Source of the DNA: the human T2T-CHM13v2.0 reference genome, Homo sapiens
Assembly (NCBI RefSeq): GCF_009914755.1
Contig: NC_060929.1
Reading direction: 5' to 3' (one strand)
Length of the DNA: 64,000 bases
Each line of letters opens with the position of its first letter. The first letter of the stretch is position 1. Position numbers and translations under genes: made by a program. The notes beneath the pieces were generated by a model. It was not told the origin of the DNA, did no database searches, and worked only from the letters and a program-made list of their open reading frames with translations. Of this stretch, positions 62,033-64,000 are shown one piece after another.

Positions 62033-63867
62033 GTTGATGATATATGTCCATGCTGGGTCTTCTGGGAACCTTACTATGCATTTCCCTAACTCCGGGACCC
62101 AGGCTAGTTGCTGAGGCAGAGGGAAAGGAGAACATGGCAAAAAAAATGCCGTGGGTAAAGTTAGTACCTCACAGTGACACACATCAGTACCGTCTATATT
62201 TTGTTGGCCAAATGAAGCCCTGATATCACCTTGGCAGGGACATAAAATCCTAAGATGGGCCTGGAAGAAGAAACCCATTCCTAAGGCCTAGCACAAAGGC
62301 CTTTGACTTGTTTTCTGCAGCGTCTCCAGTGTCTAGAATGTTGTCTGGCACATGGTAGGTATTTAAAATATGTATTGAATAAACAACAAATATACAAGAG
62401 AAAAATGATAGTTTATATTCCACTCAGGGTTCGCTTTGGTTCCTGGACACAGTTCATTTCCTAGAACATTTTAGGAAATAACCCCAGAAAGGACCATGTT
62501 TGTGAAAATTGCCTTTAATACAGATTATGAATGAGTGGAAAGCCCTTGGCTTGAGGAGACACATTAGATAGGGGCTGCATGAGTTCCAAGTTGTGTTTTA
62601 TATTGGTGTAGGGGGCATTTTTTCATGTTTCTACAGAGAGTGTTTAAAGGTCAGTTTGAAAAATTGTCTGACTCTTAGAATATTAAAGGGTGAGGTGCAG
62701 GACTCATTAGTGGATTTCACAACAGATCTGAGAGTAAAACTACCAAATTAACGATTAACTTTGCAGACAGATGTTAAGGGGATCCTGTTTTAACTAAAAT
62801 TATGGCTCTTCTTGGGGTTACCATTGGTTCTTCCATGAAATGGCCAAAAGACACTTAAATGGCTATCCTGGGAGACTTGGCTTCCAAATCTGTAGACACA
62901 TTGAGATTAATGGCCAATTCCGTCTCCTGCTTTGTCCTCAATAAGCATGGGTCCTCAGACCCACTTCCTGCCAAGAGAACAAATGTTTACAAGTGCCCTT
63001 TCCATTTCTGGGAAATCTAAAATCTGCCCATAATTTGGCTAATTTGTAGTTGATCGTGGGGAAGATAATGAGTAGGGAAAATTGAGGGAGCAGGGGACAA
63101 GGTTGCTAGGAAACAGATTCACTTCTCACATCCAAACAAATAAACTAAAGAAATGGTGTTAATGAGCCCAGTTACAGATAGTCTCAGTTCTGAGGAAGCT
63201 GAGATACAGAAGTAGCGTTACCATGAAAAAGCATTGGACAGAGGCAAAGGCTCTGGGGAAGGGAGTGGGGCATGGTGTTTCAGCACATGGATTTTGTAAA
63301 GAGACAGACTATAAAATGAGGCAAATACTAGGCTAATTTGTTAGAACAGATTTGCTGATTAAATGAAGTAGGGAAGTTTATGGAAAGGGCTTAGCACGAT
63401 ATCTACATAGAGTAGGTGGTTAGTAAATACCATAATTTTCTTGAGTTCCTGTTCTAGCTCTTCTACTGACTGCAGCATTTTCCTTTCCTAGTTCAGATAA
63501 TTTTTTAATCTTCATTGTGAATGAAGATGATGAATGATGCAAATTCTTATTCCACATCCTCTACAGAGATTGTTATGAGGGGAGATGTATGTAAACACTT
63601 TTTAAACTTAAAGGAATTTTATTCTATGAAGGACTTTCCTCATCATGATGCTGAATAGCCACTCCAAGGACCCAAGGAGTAATTTTACACAGCTGGTTAG
63701 GACTCTTTCTCTGCTGCTTCCTCCTTTCTCTGCACCTGAAATTTCAATCATCTTAGCAGCTGTGAACTCTGATCTCCATTTCCTCAATCCAGTAAAACTG
63801 CTGTTGTCTGCTTGACTCTATTTCTCTGCATCGGAATTTAGAAAATGCCCTCAAGAAGAAAGAATTT

Positions 63868-64000
63868 CGTGTGTCAAATTGGCTGTGCTTAGGGATACCC
63901 ATAGGATACTATTTCTGGATATGTCTGTGAGGGTATTTCTGGAGGAGATTAGCATTTAAATCAGCGGACTGAGTAAGGAAGATTGCCCTCACTATTGTGG
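63868..64000 (+). mobile_element. MLT2 (ERVL) LTR, running off the window end
   Basis: GTGTCAAATTGGCTG...TGTCTGTGAGGGTATTTCTGGAGGAGATTAGCATTTAAATCAG...GAGTAAGGAAGATTGCCCTC. Confidence 0.8.

Overview
This is primate, almost certainly human, non-coding genomic DNA (intergenic or deep intronic), dense in interspersed repeats. I found no recognisable host protein-coding exon, RNA gene or CRISPR array. Apart from LINE-1 ORFs, the ORF track looks like noise from repeats and low-complexity DNA. The main feature is a full-length, very young L1 on the minus strand (42941-49022). It has a perfect 14-bp TSD, an intact ORF1 and the unusual ACG/A 3'UTR diagnostic. Its ORF2 is broken by compensating -1/+1 frameshifts and a FADD->FADN change in the RT active site, and its ORF0 is cut short by a CpG-type stop. 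The window also holds a twin-primed (5'-inverted) L1 nested in an ERV1 LTR inside a MER5, a near-pristine AluY with 2 of 5 Ya5 diagnostics, a multi-layer L1M/L1PA15-16/LTR9/AluY nest, a MER11D-like solo LTR, several MaLR/ERVL LTRs, hAT and mariner MITEs, L2/MIR relics, microsatellites and two perfect short palindromes. I see no convincing new biological system. The findings concern retrotransposition mechanics, possible polymorphic insertions, non-B DNA and candidate regulatory elements. Subfamily names come from remembered consensus sequences and need RepeatMasker/Dfam confirmation.
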